A DNA stretch of 64,000 nucleotides. Origin: Octopus sinensis (lineage: Eukaryota). Position numbers and translations under genes: made by a program. The notes under the pieces are model-generated. The model had not been told where the DNA came from, ran no database searches, and worked only from the letters and a program-made list of their open reading frames with translations. The stretch spans positions 35,960,001-36,024,000 of the forward strand of contig NC_043002.1 in NCBI RefSeq assembly GCF_006345805.1, given 5' to 3'. Below, piece by piece: positions 11,490 to 25,060 of the stretch (position 1 is its first letter; every line of letters begins with the position of its first letter).

Positions 11490-12250
11490 TCATCATTTAA
11501 CGTCCATCATCCATGCTAGCATGGGTTGGACGGTTTGACTAGGGCTGGCAAGCTGAGGGGCTACACCAGACTCCAGTCTGATTTGGCATGGTTTTACAAC
11601 TGGATGCCCTTCCTAATGCCAACCCTTCCAAGAATGTTATGAGTGCTTTTATGTGCCACTGGCACGGGTGACAGTTGCATGGCATCAGTATCTGTCACAA
11701 CTACGTTTCCACTTGGCTTGATGGGCTGTCTTCACAGCATAATGCCAAAGGTCCCAGTCATTTGTCATTGCCTTCATGAGGCACAACACTTAAAAGGTGC
11801 CTTTTACATGCTGCTGATATCAGCCACATTGCCTCTGTGAAGCCCAATGCTCGAAAGTTGCTTTTTATGTGCCACTGGCATGGGTGCCAATTACATGACA
11901 CCAGTATCAGCCATGACTATGATTTGACTTGGCTTGATGGGTCTTCTCAAGCACAGCAGATTGCCAAAGGTCTCAGTCACTGATCATTGCCTCATGAGGC
12001 CCAAAGTTCAAAGTTCATGCTTCACCACCTCATCCCATGTCTTCCTGGGTCTACCTCTACCATAGGTTCCCTCCACAGTTAGAGATCGGCACTTCTTTAC
12101 ACATGTGTCCTCGTCCATACACATCACATGACCATACCAGTGCAGTCATCTCTCTAGCACACATCTGATACTTCTTATGCCCAACTTTTCTCTCAAGATG
12201 CTTACTCTCTGTAGCTCATGCACACTGACACTGCTTGTCTATAAATATTT
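11490..12250 (-). mobile_element. 5'-truncated RTE LINE (ORF2 C-terminus + 3' UTR + GAT tail)
   Basis: Minus-strand translation LREKLGIRSIRCVLER*LHWYGHVMCMDEDTCVKKCRSLTVEGTYGRGRPRKTWDEVVK (RTE motif WYGHV.RM...GRGRPRKTW), followed by the common tail. Confidence 0.85.
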
Positions 12251-12336
12251 TTCAATGTCCTGTAGCCTTTCTTTCAGACTTCATTATCTAATGTATTTTT
12301 TATTTTATTAAAGACATCTGTGATTTGAGAGAGATT

Positions 12337-12367
<31 letters not shown>

Positions 12368-13009
12368 TGTGTGTGCATGCATGTTGTGTGTGTGTGGTGT
12401 GTGTGTGTGTCTGTCTGTCTGTGTGCATGTAGTTGTGTGCATGTGCATGTGTGTTTATGTTTACAGTGATCTAAAAACTTGTGTGTCCCTTTATGTCTTC
12501 AACAAAAAGACATCGATAAAGTATCAATCTGAAATAAGTAATAGGGTTGATATGATTGGCTAAGTAATTGATGGCAGTAGCCCAGCATGGCTACAACCCC
12601 ATGCCAAAAACCAATATAAGCAATATTAGAATAAAAGAAGATCTATATATATGTATATATTTATATGTAATTTTCAGTTCAGTAAAGTTTTATAGTGACT
12701 TCAATCTATTACACATTAGAACATTTCTGTAGTTGATACCAGTATTATCTGTTATTTTAATATGATGATAGTACAAGGAAGAAGTATTTTGCTGTTATAT
12801 AATATCTCAAATGTATCAGACTGAAATATTCATGTTACAGCTTTTGATTTCACGACCACTTTAGGTGATGAATTCATTCACCTTTCAGAATGACAAATGA
12901 CAAGTTTTCCTTTCTCATTTGACCCATGCACTTCACAAAACTCACAAGCACATACACTCACACATATACATATGTACACATGCATGCACACACACACAAT
13001 TCATTGTTT

Positions 13010-13178
13010 AAGATATACTTAGGTGCAGGTATAGCTATGTGCTTAAGGTGTTTGCTTGCAACCATGTAGTTTTCTGTTTGCTCTCACTGTATGACATCCT
13101 GTTCAAGTGTCTTCTGTCATAATCTTGCACCAACCAAAGCCTTGTGAGTGGATTTTGGGAGCTATGGAAGCCTGTCAG
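13010..13178 (+). mobile_element. Degraded tRNA-derived SINE family A, 5' part
   Basis: Degenerate head plus CCAAAGCCTTGTGAGTGGATTT...AAGCCTGTC, as in other family A copies. Confidence 0.6.
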
Positions 13179-13242
13179 GTAAACCATTCCTGTTGATAGG
13201 TGGTAGACTTAATTCCATGCTTGGTTTAACCCCACCCATCAC

Positions 13243-13367
13243 CTGACTCTTAGCTGCCTTTATTGGAGTTGACTCTGTCTTAGAGTGGTGTGATTCTTTG
13301 ATTGATGTCCCCAGTGTTTCAGAGGTTCCCAAAAGGTTTATGGGTGCTGAATCATCTGATTCAGCCA
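13243..13367 (-). CDS. Candidate minus-strand exon (VAESDDSAPINLLGTSETLGTSIKESHHSKTESTPIKAAKSQ)
   Basis: Polypyrimidine tract + AAG acceptor, 125 nt open frame of S/T/K-rich protein-like sequence, weak donor CAG|GTGATG. No partner exon confirmed. Confidence 0.3.
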
Positions 13368-14639
13368 CTTGCATACACACGCAAAGAAAAAAAGAAAAAA
13401 AATCTTCACAGTATGAAAGAACATTTTGGAAGAGTTGCTTTTATATCATGATTTTAAAATTCCAAAGAGAAAATTAATCAATGCTTGACATTTTAATGTT
13501 GTTTTTCTCCATTGCTACTTATGACATTCTACCAACAACTTAAAACACTTTTAAAGGCCATGCTTATAAAACAGAAGTGATGTTCACTCAAGTTACTGTT
13601 ATTTAGCCCCCGAGTCCGCTAGAATTGAGCAGATCTGTGATGAAAGGCATTTGTACAATGACTACATGACTATCCTTTCTTTTATTTTTTCAAGCATATT
13701 GTATCTAGAATTATATCATTCAATATGTCCTTCCTTCTTTAAGAAAACAGAGTGGGATTTGAGGGAGATTTAGCAGCAATTTCTTACAGGTTGAGCATAG
13801 CGGCTCCCTTACATAGTACAGTTCATAATTGGTTTCTGGGCATAAAAAGAAGTAAATCTTGCATTGCATTGTTTTATTGAGGTTTCAGTAGAAGAACCGA
13901 CCATATAGATACCACATCTCTCTCTTCTCTTAATATTCATGAAAGTAATTCAAATCTGCATTACAAGTTAACATTGGTCCTTTTGCTGTTAGTGAGGGTT
14001 GTTTTGGGTATGAACAAGACCTACTGTTGAGGATGAAATGTTAGTGGTTAGATCCTATGATTACCTACTGAACTGATCAGCTATCCTTATACAAAGAGGT
14101 TTACTAGTTTCTACTAAGTTAAAAATTTTATAGGTATTTGAATTAATGATCATCTATGTATACAGATGTTTTCCTTTTAGCAGTCTCTGTAACTTTAGAC
14201 AGAAGCAATAATTGCAGTATATTTGGATGTGTTGCTGTCAGGGCAGCTCTGACTGAGTAGATCTATGATCAAATACATTGCAAGCATTACCATCACATCT
14301 TGTTTCCAGACATAGTATCATCTTCTAAGAGTACATTATCCAATGACCTTCCTTTTCCAGGATGATTTGAAAGATATTTGGCTGCTATTTCTAGTGTGTC
14401 TAGCAGGGCAACTTTTTTCAATAAATAGGTTACATGAAACATGGCTCACATCAGATAGGTCGTACTGCTACAAAAATTAATGGTAACTTTTTGTCAGGCA
14501 TGCCATGCAATAAATCTCATGGGCTGCAGGTTGCCTAGTGAAGAATTGGAAAGAACAGTTATATATAGTATTGTATAAACCTTACATTAATCATATAAGC
14601 ATTATACCACTCACCAGAGTGTATCTTTTAAACATTATG

Positions 14640-15200
14640 TTACAATATAAACAAATATATTTATAATGTAAACAGTATTTCTGTGATATAAGCAATATCT
14701 TTGTGGTACAAACAGTATCTCCTTTGTATACACAATATCTCCATGGTAGAAACAATATCTCTATGATATAAACAATATCTCTGTGATATAAACAACATTT
14801 CTGTGGTATAATCAAAGTCACAATCAGATCTTTCTAGTGTAAACAGCTCTCTAGCATAAACAGCCATTTTTCCTATTGTAAACAGCTTACTGTGGTAGAA
14901 GCAAATATCTATGATATTACAGATCTCTTTAATATAAACAGCTCTCTATGCTGTGAACACCTTTCTTTCTCTTTCTCTCCCTCCCTCTTTCCCCCTCTCT
15001 CTCATAAACAGAACTGTGGTATAAAAATAGTAATCTATGGTGGAAACAATTTCTGTCGTATAAGTAGTCTTTGTTCTATAAACAGGATCTTTATTCTATA
15101 AACTGTTGCTGGGCTATAAATATGTCTGTAATATAAACATTTCTTGCTTAGATACATCATATAGACATGAGTATTTTTTTCTTTTTTTGTGATATCTTTC
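14640..15200. repeat. Degenerate ~20 bp minisatellite (consensus about ATAAACAATATCTCTGTGAT)
   Basis: Repeated AAACAATATCTC(T/C)(A/G)TG(A/G)TA units, best preserved at 14690-14810. Confidence 0.75.
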
Positions 15201-15286
15201 CAATATAAATACTGTATCTTAGTAAAATTGTCAATATTCGTAATGTACATTTATTTGTTTATTTAATTATTTTCTATTTGTTTCAG

Positions 15287-15383
15287 GATATAACATTTCT
15301 GGTCAACTGTAATACAAATACTTCGGATAATCCAGTTAAAGCTAATCTGAACTGGGGATACTTCGATGATTGAGATAATAGTT
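15287..15383 (+). other. Candidate 97 nt exon (UTR, start-containing or poison exon)
   Basis: Strong acceptor TTTTCTATTTGTTTCAG| and donor GTT|GTAAGT. All three frames contain a stop. A late ATG gives MIEIIV in phase 0. Confidence 0.4.
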
Positions 15384-15404
15384 GTAAGTATTTAGGTTCT
15401 TATA

Positions 15405-15810
15405 CACATTGCTCTTTTACTCTTTTTACTCTTTTACTTGTTTCAGTCATTTGACTGCGGCCATGCTGGAGCACCGCCTTTAATCGAGCAAATCGACCCC
15501 AAGACTTATTCTTTTTGTAAGCCCAGTACTTATTCTATTGGTCTCTTTTGCTGAACCGCTAAGTAGCGGGGACATAAACACACCAGCATCGGTTGTCAAG
15601 CAATGCTAGGGGGACAAACACAGACACAGACATACATACACATATATATATACATATATACGACGGGCTTCTTTCAGTTTCCGTCTACCAAATCCACTCA
15701 CAGGGTATTGGTCGGCCCGGGGCTATAGCAGAAGACACTTGCCCAAGATGCCACGCAGTGGGACTGAACCCGGAACCATGTGGTTGGTTAGCAAGCTACT
15801 TACCACACTA
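15405..15810 (-). mobile_element. Near full-length tRNA-derived SINE family A
   Basis: Minus-strand head GTGTGGTAAGTAGCTTGCTAACCAACCACATGGTTCCGGGTTCAGTCCC (A/B boxes), central TA/CA microsatellite, GCGGTGCTCCAGCATGGCCGCAGTC, tail (GTAAAAGA)n. Confidence 0.85.
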
Positions 15811-16199
15811 TATTGTTACTATTTTGCTATTTCAGTTGTTGCTGTTATTTTTCACTTTTCACTTTTGATTGGGATGTATCATCAAAGACACTCCTATGTT
15901 TTTAAGGATATTGGGGACTATCTTATCTAATTTCAGATTGTATCTATCATATTTCTATTAATGGACACTTTAATCTTTTTATTTTTCACCCACTTTCCAC
16001 CTCCACACCATGCCCCTCCACCCCCTCTGTTCTAGGCTTTCTTTATCTGCCCAGGCCCTGAACAGTCTGGCATAAAATATGATATTGGTGTAACTTTTGT
16101 TCTAGTTTTTCATTGAACTTGGTAATCCTAGTGGTACCTTTCTCTTGTTCAAAATGTGGGTGCTGTTGGCTCTCTGGGAACTCTTCTACACCCAGAACA

Positions 16200-16360
16200 A
16201 TCTGTAAGGTAATTGGCATTAAGAAGGGCATCCAGCCATAGAAACCAAGCCAAAAGATGCTGGGAGCCTGATGCAGCTCTCCGGCTTACCATTCCCAGTC
16301 GAATCGTTTAACCCATGCCAGCATGGAAAACAGTTGTTAGATGACGATGATGATGATGAT
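16200..16360 (+). mobile_element. RTE 3' tail fragment
   Basis: AAGAAGGGCATCCAGCCATAGAAAC...CCCATGCCAGCATGGAAAAC followed by (GAT)n. Confidence 0.75.
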
Positions 16361-17026
16361 CTACAAAGATGTTAGCTGATAAAAAGTAAAGAATGATGAA
16401 TTATCATCATCATCATCATCATCATCATCATAGTTGCATGGTTGCATAGTAGGGTGTGATTTGAAAGTGATTTAGTTGCTACTTATAGCAGGCTGAGCAA
16501 CCATGTGGAGACTCTCTCACTGGCATGACAGCCATAATGGTTTCTTTCCAGTGTTGCAATAACTTTGACACTTAACATTAGGAAATTATCACAAATGTAG
16601 ATGACTTACTTTAATGAAACCATCAGCTATTTCCGGTGCACTAGTTGCTGTATTTCTTTGAAATTTGTCTTAGGTGGCTGATTCAAAGTAATTTCAAAGT
16701 TAGCAGGGCGGAGGTAATGGGTGGTGGTACAATTTTGATGCAATTCTATAAAATGTGTACTTCTTTGCAATGTATTCATCTCTTTAATGCCTACAGCTTG
16801 AATTGAGCAGCTTGCAGTATTAATTATTAATGTATACTCTTTCACATAGACACACACACAAACACACACATTATAGTGTGTGTATGTGAAATGAATATAT
16901 ATGTATGTGTGTATACATATCAATATATATATTTCATATTCATGTGTGTGTCTATGTGTGTGTTAATGTATCTTAATTAGATGAGGTGGTTTACATCTTT
17001 CACTTGAATTTTTAATGTCTTAACAG

Positions 17027-17074
17027 AAAAAGATTTCTTATTATCCAATTATTGGAGGTTCTGAGATGGAAGAT
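17027..17074 (+). CDS. Candidate 48 nt exon (KKISYYPIIGGSEMED or KRFLIIQLLEVLRWK)
   Basis: Acceptor TTTTTAATGTCTTAACAG|, donor GAT|GTGAAT; two frames are open. Confidence 0.25.
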
Positions 17075-17108
17075 GTGAATCTAATGCAAGATCTTAATGT
17101 TGCTATAG

Positions 17109-17181
<73 letters not shown>

Positions 17182-17182
<1 letters not shown>

Positions 17183-17700
17183 TAGCAGAAAGCCTGCCCT
17201 CTGGGCAGTTTTCTATAGGTCACTTGATAATATTTCTACATTGATATTTTCTGTCACATATTTTTGGGATGCCCCATGTTGAGTTGCAAAATTCTAATGT
17301 GTTATTTGTGTAATAACGAAATCAAACCTGGAGTGTGTGTGTGTGTTTATATTACAGAGACAGTGTGTGTGTGAGAGAGAGAGGTGGGGGAGGGAGAACA
17401 TTGCAAGCAATGAATGAAATAAATATGAAATGAAAAAAATCATATAAATAAAAGCTCGTTAAAAACTATCTTGTACTGAACATTTAAATCTGTGCTCTTA
17501 AAATATTCTATGATAAAAGGAAGTTCAGAAAGTAAGTTTTCCTGAAAACTTCAATTTATAAAAAATCTCACTTGCTTAGTAAATATTTCTTTCAGTAATT
17601 TATCATAGTTGTAATATATCTGGACTTCAAATTGATGTAATGCTTGCATTTTTCGATTAAATGGAGCCACCTGAAATGGCTGCATTGCATTAATACCTTG
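17182..17700 (-). mobile_element. Non-autonomous Helitron (3' end) inserted next to (TA)n
   Basis: CTAG terminus at 17182-17185 with subterminal hairpin CTGCCC-TCT-GGGCAG at 17194-17208, the same layout as the Helitron end at 43601-43628. The 5' boundary is uncertain. Confidence 0.6.
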
Positions 17701-18371
17701 ACATCCTTGTTACATATTTGCTTTTTATTCACCTTCACCTTACTTTGAGCCTTGTGGATAACACCAGACTGGCCTGGTGCATGATCTTAAGTACCTTATT
17801 CAAATAAATTTGAATTATTTACATACATACATACATACATACTTACATGCATGCATGGCAACTGGTTGGAGAAAGGTAGTTGGACAGGAGAGCTAGGAAG
17901 AAGGGGAGATAACAAAGTACTGGTGATCCCAAAACGAAGGTGCGTATGTGTATGTGAAAGTGTGTATGTGCATGTGGATAGAAGCTAGTGACTTTGACGT
18001 GTAGATGTGTGCGTGTGTGTGTTGTCTGTAATGCATGCATGATTGTGAAGTTAACTTAACAAAGACTAGAGTTCTAGTATGTAGGAAACCAGATAGGATG
18101 TTGATCCCTTCAGGAAAAGGAAAACACCTTTTCTTCAATATGTAGAAAAGGTGTTGTGGAAACTTTATTCTGAGTACCTGGTGCAAATTAAAGATGGTGC
18201 ATGGAATTGCATGAAGGTTAACACAACAGCCTTCTGCACAGTTCTGATCTGCCAAATCTCACTCATAATGTATTAGTTAATCTAAGGTTTATACAAGAAG
18301 ACACTTGTCTAGAATGTTTTGACGTGCAGGTCAACTCTTATGCTTATGCAAACTTCATAACCACACAGTCG

Positions 18372-18402
<31 letters not shown>

Positions 18403-21400
18403 TGTGTGTGCGCTAATATTCATGTCTTAAAAATACTATGTATGATCATCCACAAACATTTCACTGGTATCACCGGTAATTACATTTGTTGTACAGCTAT
18501 ACATTCTTCAGTCTTGGTTCTTATGTACACACATATTAACACACTGCATTTATTTAGAACAAATATCTTATGGTTGGCAACACCTCCTTGCAAAATCATT
18601 GGACCCTGAAGAATTATGTGTCAGTGAAACATGTGTTTGGTTTTTATTTGTATTTGCTTTCACAACAATGTCTTGATCTCAGTGTCTGTGAAGATGATGA
18701 TGATGATGATATGAGCAATGTGGGTGTAGTTTAAGCAAGCTATTTACTCCTGTTCAGTGATGCTGTTGATGTAATCTGGAGAACAAGACTTTTGGGAAGA
18801 ATACCAGATATTTAGACTGTTGAAATGATAAGTAATGCTATCTCTCACATGAAGAAATTTCAGAATAAAATACTGATATCTTATTTCTTCCTAACTTATA
18901 TATTTGGATCTAGCATCATCATTGTTAGCATTAATGTGACCATCATTATCATCATTACCTTCTTCATTTCCACCACTACTTCACTGTAATCATCATCATT
19001 CTCTACAACTATTTCTAACATTATTTAACTAGAATCATTATCACATATCATCAGATTCATGATCATCAGTAACAGCAACATCAGTAGTTTGATACCTGAT
19101 TTCTTGTAATCAGTTTGGATAAACAAATATATTTACAAGCTATATCATTTTGAGTACCTCAATCCAGTAAATGATCCAGACTAACTTTTTTGTCCTAAGA
19201 TATTCCCTACCAACTGTTTTCATTTTCAGCAGGTGACCATTCACCTCTACCTTTTTTCAACCCAGGTGATACCTTAATTAAACCTCTCAAATTATTTCCC
19301 AAATTCCTTGTTGCACCTGCATCTGATTCTGCCACAATTTGTTTCTTTAGAACCAGTGTGGGCCATCCATTTTAACTGCCCATATTTCACTGCCACAATT
19401 AGGTACATGGTCATTGAATAATTTATATTTTAAAAATAAAGTAGAAAGAGAGAATAAAGTAGTAAAGTAATGCAGAACATTAACCAAACCATTTCAGTTT
19501 AGGATGATTGATTTAAATGATGCCCAATCTTAATATCTGCAGTTGTAATGCTTCCAAGATAGTGAAATCTGCTGAAGGCCTCTCGAAACAGCAAGGTGGT
19601 GTTAACAGGGAAGTGTTATAAGACCTACTCTCCATGTTGGAACCTTTGGTTTTTTACTATTTGTTTGGTCATTATTATACCTGTAGAGGGGCCAGTTTGG
19701 CAAAATCATTAGAGCATGTTGCAATATTTGATTCAGCTCTCTATATGTTGAGTTCAAATTCTGCCAAGGTTATATTTGCCTTCTATCCTTTTGAGTGTTA
19801 GCAAATAAAGACATCCTTTATAGACTATCAGACTAAATGACTTCTAGTTTTTAAATTTCTTCTCATGTTATAAATTTCAAGCTTTGTTAGGTTTAATTTT
19901 ATCTTTCATCTCTCTGTTGTTAATAAAAGATATATTACTGTTATCTAAGACACAGTTCAAATAACTTTACTTCACCCTTCTACAAAAATTACCATTGGGT
20001 CTACTCAAAAAAAAAAAAAAAAAATTATCCTTCAAATTTAGTTTCAATGACAATTTTTGTTTCTTTTATTTCAAGAAACTTAGCATTTGTGTATAGGGCA
20101 AACCCCTTTGAAACTACATATGTCACCATTCTATAAATCCTTTTCCACACAAGTATTCACATCATATTTGTCAGAGCGTTAACCTGTTCTTGGTTTCATG
20201 GACCAGAAGATGCTAGCAGTAGCTACTATATATAACTATAGTAACTACATATGCTCTAATTGTGTTAGCCACTTTGTCAAGTTCATAGCTACTAGCTACT
20301 CTCATAAGTGTTAATTTATTGATGACTCTTGTTATCAATAATTTAACAATTTCTATACCACAGCTGCTGGTTGTATTTATGTAGCAGCTTTATTACATGT
20401 AACTAGTGTAGCTGTAAATCATGTTGATAAATTAACCCTTGTCAAGTCTTGTCAAGTAAGTAAATGGGTCTCCAGCTGTTTCAATGATGATTATTCCAGT
20501 TGTTCAACTAACTCAACTGCCACCTCATTAAATTATTGTGTAGATAGCTGAGTATCCCACAGATAACTGTAATTTTAATGTAATTCTTAGACAGAATCAG
20601 TATAATAGTATGTAGAAAGGCTAGCCCTTAAAATTACATGTACAGTCCATGACAGTCTTTTATTTGCAAGTCATGGGTCAATACAAAGCTAAAGTAAATG
20701 TCATATTAGATAGCAGGCAGCAACCTTGAACCCAGGACTTCATGATTGCAAAGAGAACTTATCTACGGAGCTATGTTTGCATCCACAACTCTATAGATAC
20801 ACAGCACATACTATATTGAATAAAATTATTTGCACTCTTCATTGTCTGAACTCACCAATATGTTATTGCATTTCATACTTTTCTATTAACATCACATTTT
20901 ATCTTTCATGGTCTCACTTCTCCCTTTTTCACTTTGAGAAGGCTCTTGTAGATTATAGACCATATGCAGTTTTGAAGTATTAGCAATGCACCTTCTTTGC
21001 ACACAAAAACACTGATTGCAGCGTTTATAATGTTTGTGAGACATATTGATTTGTTTTTGCTGAAGCTTAGCTTTTCAGATTTATAAAAGGTTTTGTAACA
21101 TTATTTGGTGTTCATCTATAAAACATTTGCAATTTAAGTGGGTTGAAATGGCTTTAGCAGTAAACTGGTCCTGGCTTAAAAACTTGACTCTCCAGTGGTG
21201 TAAATTATTATCAGTTTGTGTAGTCAGTTAGTAATCTATATTGATTACAATTAACTGCTGGTTAACAAATGAACTAAGAAATTTTCCTTGTGATAGCTTC
21301 ATTTTCTTAAAATAGCAGGCAGACTCCTTCAAATCACACCTACTATCTTAAAATTAAAGGCACATCAGACAATGTAGCTTTAGATATAGGGAAAAGATAG

Positions 21401-21639
21401 GATGATCATGACTATATTGCATTGCCTTTGATAAGTTGGGACTGACCTGGGGTTAAATAGCAGTAACATCTGGTTGGCAGTCATAGCTATTACATATATC
21501 AGCATTAAATCGTTTTCTCATTTAAATTTAAGAGGGAAAAGCACAGAATATGTTAAAGAAAGAAATTGAAAGCAATATGAATCAAATAATAATTTGTTTA
21601 ACAATATTCTACATTATAGTGAAACATAAGCATTGAATG

Positions 21640-21975
21640 TAGGTGTGAAAGCTGGAAACAAGGCACAAATATTTAGCTGAAAATGTAATGTTAGTGTGAT
21701 GAATGCTGAGCTTAGAGAAAAACTAAATATATAAATGGTCTAATGTTGTGTGCTGCTAAGAAGGTTGTGTTGGTATGGAAATGATATGTATGAAGAATGA
21801 CTGCTGAATAAAAAAGTGCTTGGTGATCTGATGCATAGAAACCAACAGAGGCAAACTAAGGAAGACAACAGAAGTGATGAAACTGATTTCAGAATGTTGA
21901 ACCTCACAAGGGAGGTTACAAAGAGATCATCATTAAGAGGTATGATGTTGTGCTTGAGAAGACCTGTGCAAGAAT
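21640..21975 (+). mobile_element. Degraded RTE LINE ORF2 C-terminal fragment
   Basis: Translates (with stops) to LREKL...CWYG...KKCL...TNRGKLRKT...WYDVVLEKT, like 11990-12250. Confidence 0.7.
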
Positions 21976-22920
21976 AAACCCTTTCAATACTAACCTACAT
22001 GAGACTACTTTTATTAAAGAGTTATTTCAATTTAAATCTCAATTGAAATCTCATTATTATGATATGAATGCTAAATTAACATTTCCCTACAAAAGAACTG
22101 AGATATGGTTGCATGATCTGCTAGAAATCACAACCACAAAATATGATGGCCATGGCTAGTGTGCCTTTGATCGTCAATTCTATCAGGACTGTCCTAAAGT
22201 TAAACAACATCAGTAACAACATCCCACAAACCAAAAAAGTAATGCTGTCTTCTAAATTCTTGATTACATCTTCTAAATTATTGATTATTTTGGAAATAGA
22301 TTGAACCAAATAAATCTATTCTTGTCTAATAAGTCTTCAACAAATTAATTTTAGAATAAACAAGTCAGTGACAAAATCTCTACATTTGTTTGACATTCAA
22401 GAAACAATTACCATCTAGTTCTTGAATCACACTTAACCATCTTTAAAAAAAAAGGTGGGGGGGGGGGCTATATTCCATAATTAAGTCTGAGATAAACTAT
22501 TTCTGAAAAGATGGAATGGTCATCACTGGAATAGCTTTGATCATAGATCTGCTTGACTAGGGCTGACATGGAGGCTAAACAACATAACTCTAACACCAGT
22601 TGTCAAATGCTATAGTAAGCTGCAACAATTCATAACTATTGTTAACTCTTAAGTCATGCCTATAGACATGTACAACTGTTGCCATTGCCCAGCTGTTGGA
22701 AACACTCAGCTGACCATTAAATTTTTTTCAGTATTCAATACAACTTTGAACAATGGGGTCATAATATTCTTGGTATATCTGCAGTTGACGTCAGCTGCAT
22801 ATAATAGCTAAATACGCATAACCTATTGAAGCAGAATCTTCTGCTCATTGTTACTATTTAAAGAACAGCTCAAATGTTGGAACTCTGAAGCAATTATATA
22901 ATATATATATATATATATAT

Positions 22921-22988
<68 letters not shown>

Positions 22989-23229
22989 TCATAGCCTCGA
23001 TCGACAATAATAAGCTAGAGGCCTTCTATGAAACTATGAAAATAACAACATAAAACATAGCTACCAGTCGACAGATATAATAATTGTCGTCCTTAATAAC
23101 TTGCCCTAAAATAACATGGACAATAACCTGATAAATAATAACTCCCACAACACAACATATGCACAGATAAACTTAATAATTTATGTGGCTGCAGAGATGA
23201 AAATAAGTGTCAATTCTCCAATATTTGTA

Positions 23230-25060
23230 AAACTAAAAATGTAATATACCAATGCAATGTACTCTCAAATAACCACAAGAAATAAGGGCAACTAAAAATG
23301 AAATGATACTTAGATACAATTCCCACCAATCTAGTTTCAGAAATAGAAGTAAAGCAAACTCTACAGGACTTGCAAGAGAATCAGCACCACGTTTCCTCTT
23401 GTACCATTTAGTTTCTCCAGGTGCAATACTTGGGTAATTGTGGGTAAAGGAGTTTTCTTGCATCTTCATCTACTTGAAATAGCTTAAAAAAGGCAGTAAG
23501 GATAGTTTCTTTTGGAGAAAGTGTTTGGTTGTTGGTTTTGTGAAGATAACCCTATGACCATTCTCTAGATGGACACTCAGATGAATGATGGCTGGGAGCT
23601 TCTCATGGATGAGAAAATTGAAGATGCGCCAAAAAGCCTCATTGGTACTGATGCATCTTCCTTTTTTCATACTGTGCAGCTTCATCATTTTTATTTATCT
23701 GCTGACTGCCATTCTGCATAAGAGGGTATGTTGCAACATCTAAACCTTTGTTTATACATTTACAAATATATTTAAGAGATTTAACAGAGTTTCAGAAGTC
23801 CATATCGACTACCTGTACTCGTCTTTGCTTCACTGTAGAATACTGATTATCTACCTAATCTGCATAATGAACTGCTGGATCATAATTGAAAGCTGCTTCT
23901 CTGAGCTGTTGCAACTGCTTATCATTCTGTAGTGGAGATTCTATTCCTTGTCAACCGTACCTACCTCTGTTCATCACTTTAAGATGCTCTGGCTTTTGTA
24001 GTACACAGTCTGTTTGTTTCTTGGCGTGCTTCCCTTTCTGCAGCTGTCTCACTTTCCCTGGACAGAGACATTCTTTTACCTGACCTTGACATTGTAGACA
24101 AATTTGACACTTTCTTTCTAGGCATGGCTATATATGTATACAGAAATACATGGGTGCAGAGGGTATTAAGCAATGAAAATAACTTTGTAATGGAAATTAT
24201 GTTTCTTAATACAATGGGCAGAAAGTAAATAAGAAATTTTTACGGAAAATAAAGAATTGTACGGGTTGAAGCAAAATTTGTCATTCAGTGAACCAAAGAG
24301 CTAATGTTGAAGGAACCAGAAAAAAACTGTCAACAACAGAAAAACACAAAACTGTTGCAAAAGTAAATAAGAAATTTTTAGGGAAATTAACTAAGTGTAT
24401 GGATTTACCTAAATTTTTTGAAGTTACTTCTGTCAATAAATTTTGAACTTACTTTTATCAGTAATTCCATCAACAACAAACAAACAGAAAAAATGTTGCA
24501 AAAGTAAATAAGAAATTTGTAGGCAAATATAATGAAATATACAGATTGTAGTGAAATTTATGAAGTTACTTCTGTCAGTAAAATATGAAGTTACTTTCAT
24601 GAGTAATTGTGAACTTCTTTCTGTCAGTAATTTGTCATTGTTGTTTGTAAATAGTGGATAAAAACTTACAGTGAAAACAATAACGATTGAACTTAATGTG
24701 AAACAGTGGCATTTGAAAATTGAAAGTGAAAACAGTATAGATAGATAAGATATAGACAGATACAGAGAGATAGATAGATATAGAGATAGATAGAGAAAGA
24801 AGGCTAGAGAGATATAGACACATGTAGTTGTTATGTCACTAACACTAGAAAACCAGAAGTAAATATTTTTTTTAACTTTCGAAGACATGAATCTAATATA
24901 AAAAGCAATATTTTTAATTTTTAATAAAAAAATCATATGAAGAGCTTAACATGTGTCTGAGATCAACTTATTCATGCATCACAAGTATGGAAGCAATTGG
25001 TGAAGCCGTTTTCACGTGAAAAGCAAATACACATACATCTCTATTTTATATATTATATAT
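23230..25060 (-). mobile_element. Internally deleted autonomous Helitron remnant (RepHel fragments)
   Basis: GRCISTNEAFWRIFNFLIHEKLPAIIHLSVHLENGHRVIFT (23470-23690) matches the Helitron GRYISSNEAVWRIF.FPIHER.PAV.HL.VHLENGQRVYF motif. N-terminal MPRKKVSNLSTMSRSGKRMSLSRESETAAEREARQETNR lies at 24126-23980. Internal degenerate tandem repeats at 24220-24620. Confidence 0.8.

Noticed and set aside
15740-15810. tRNA-like sequences with A/B boxes (also 9066, 41200, 52845, 62100)
   Set aside because: They are SINE heads continuing into repeat bodies and do not form complete cloverleaves, so they are not tRNA genes.
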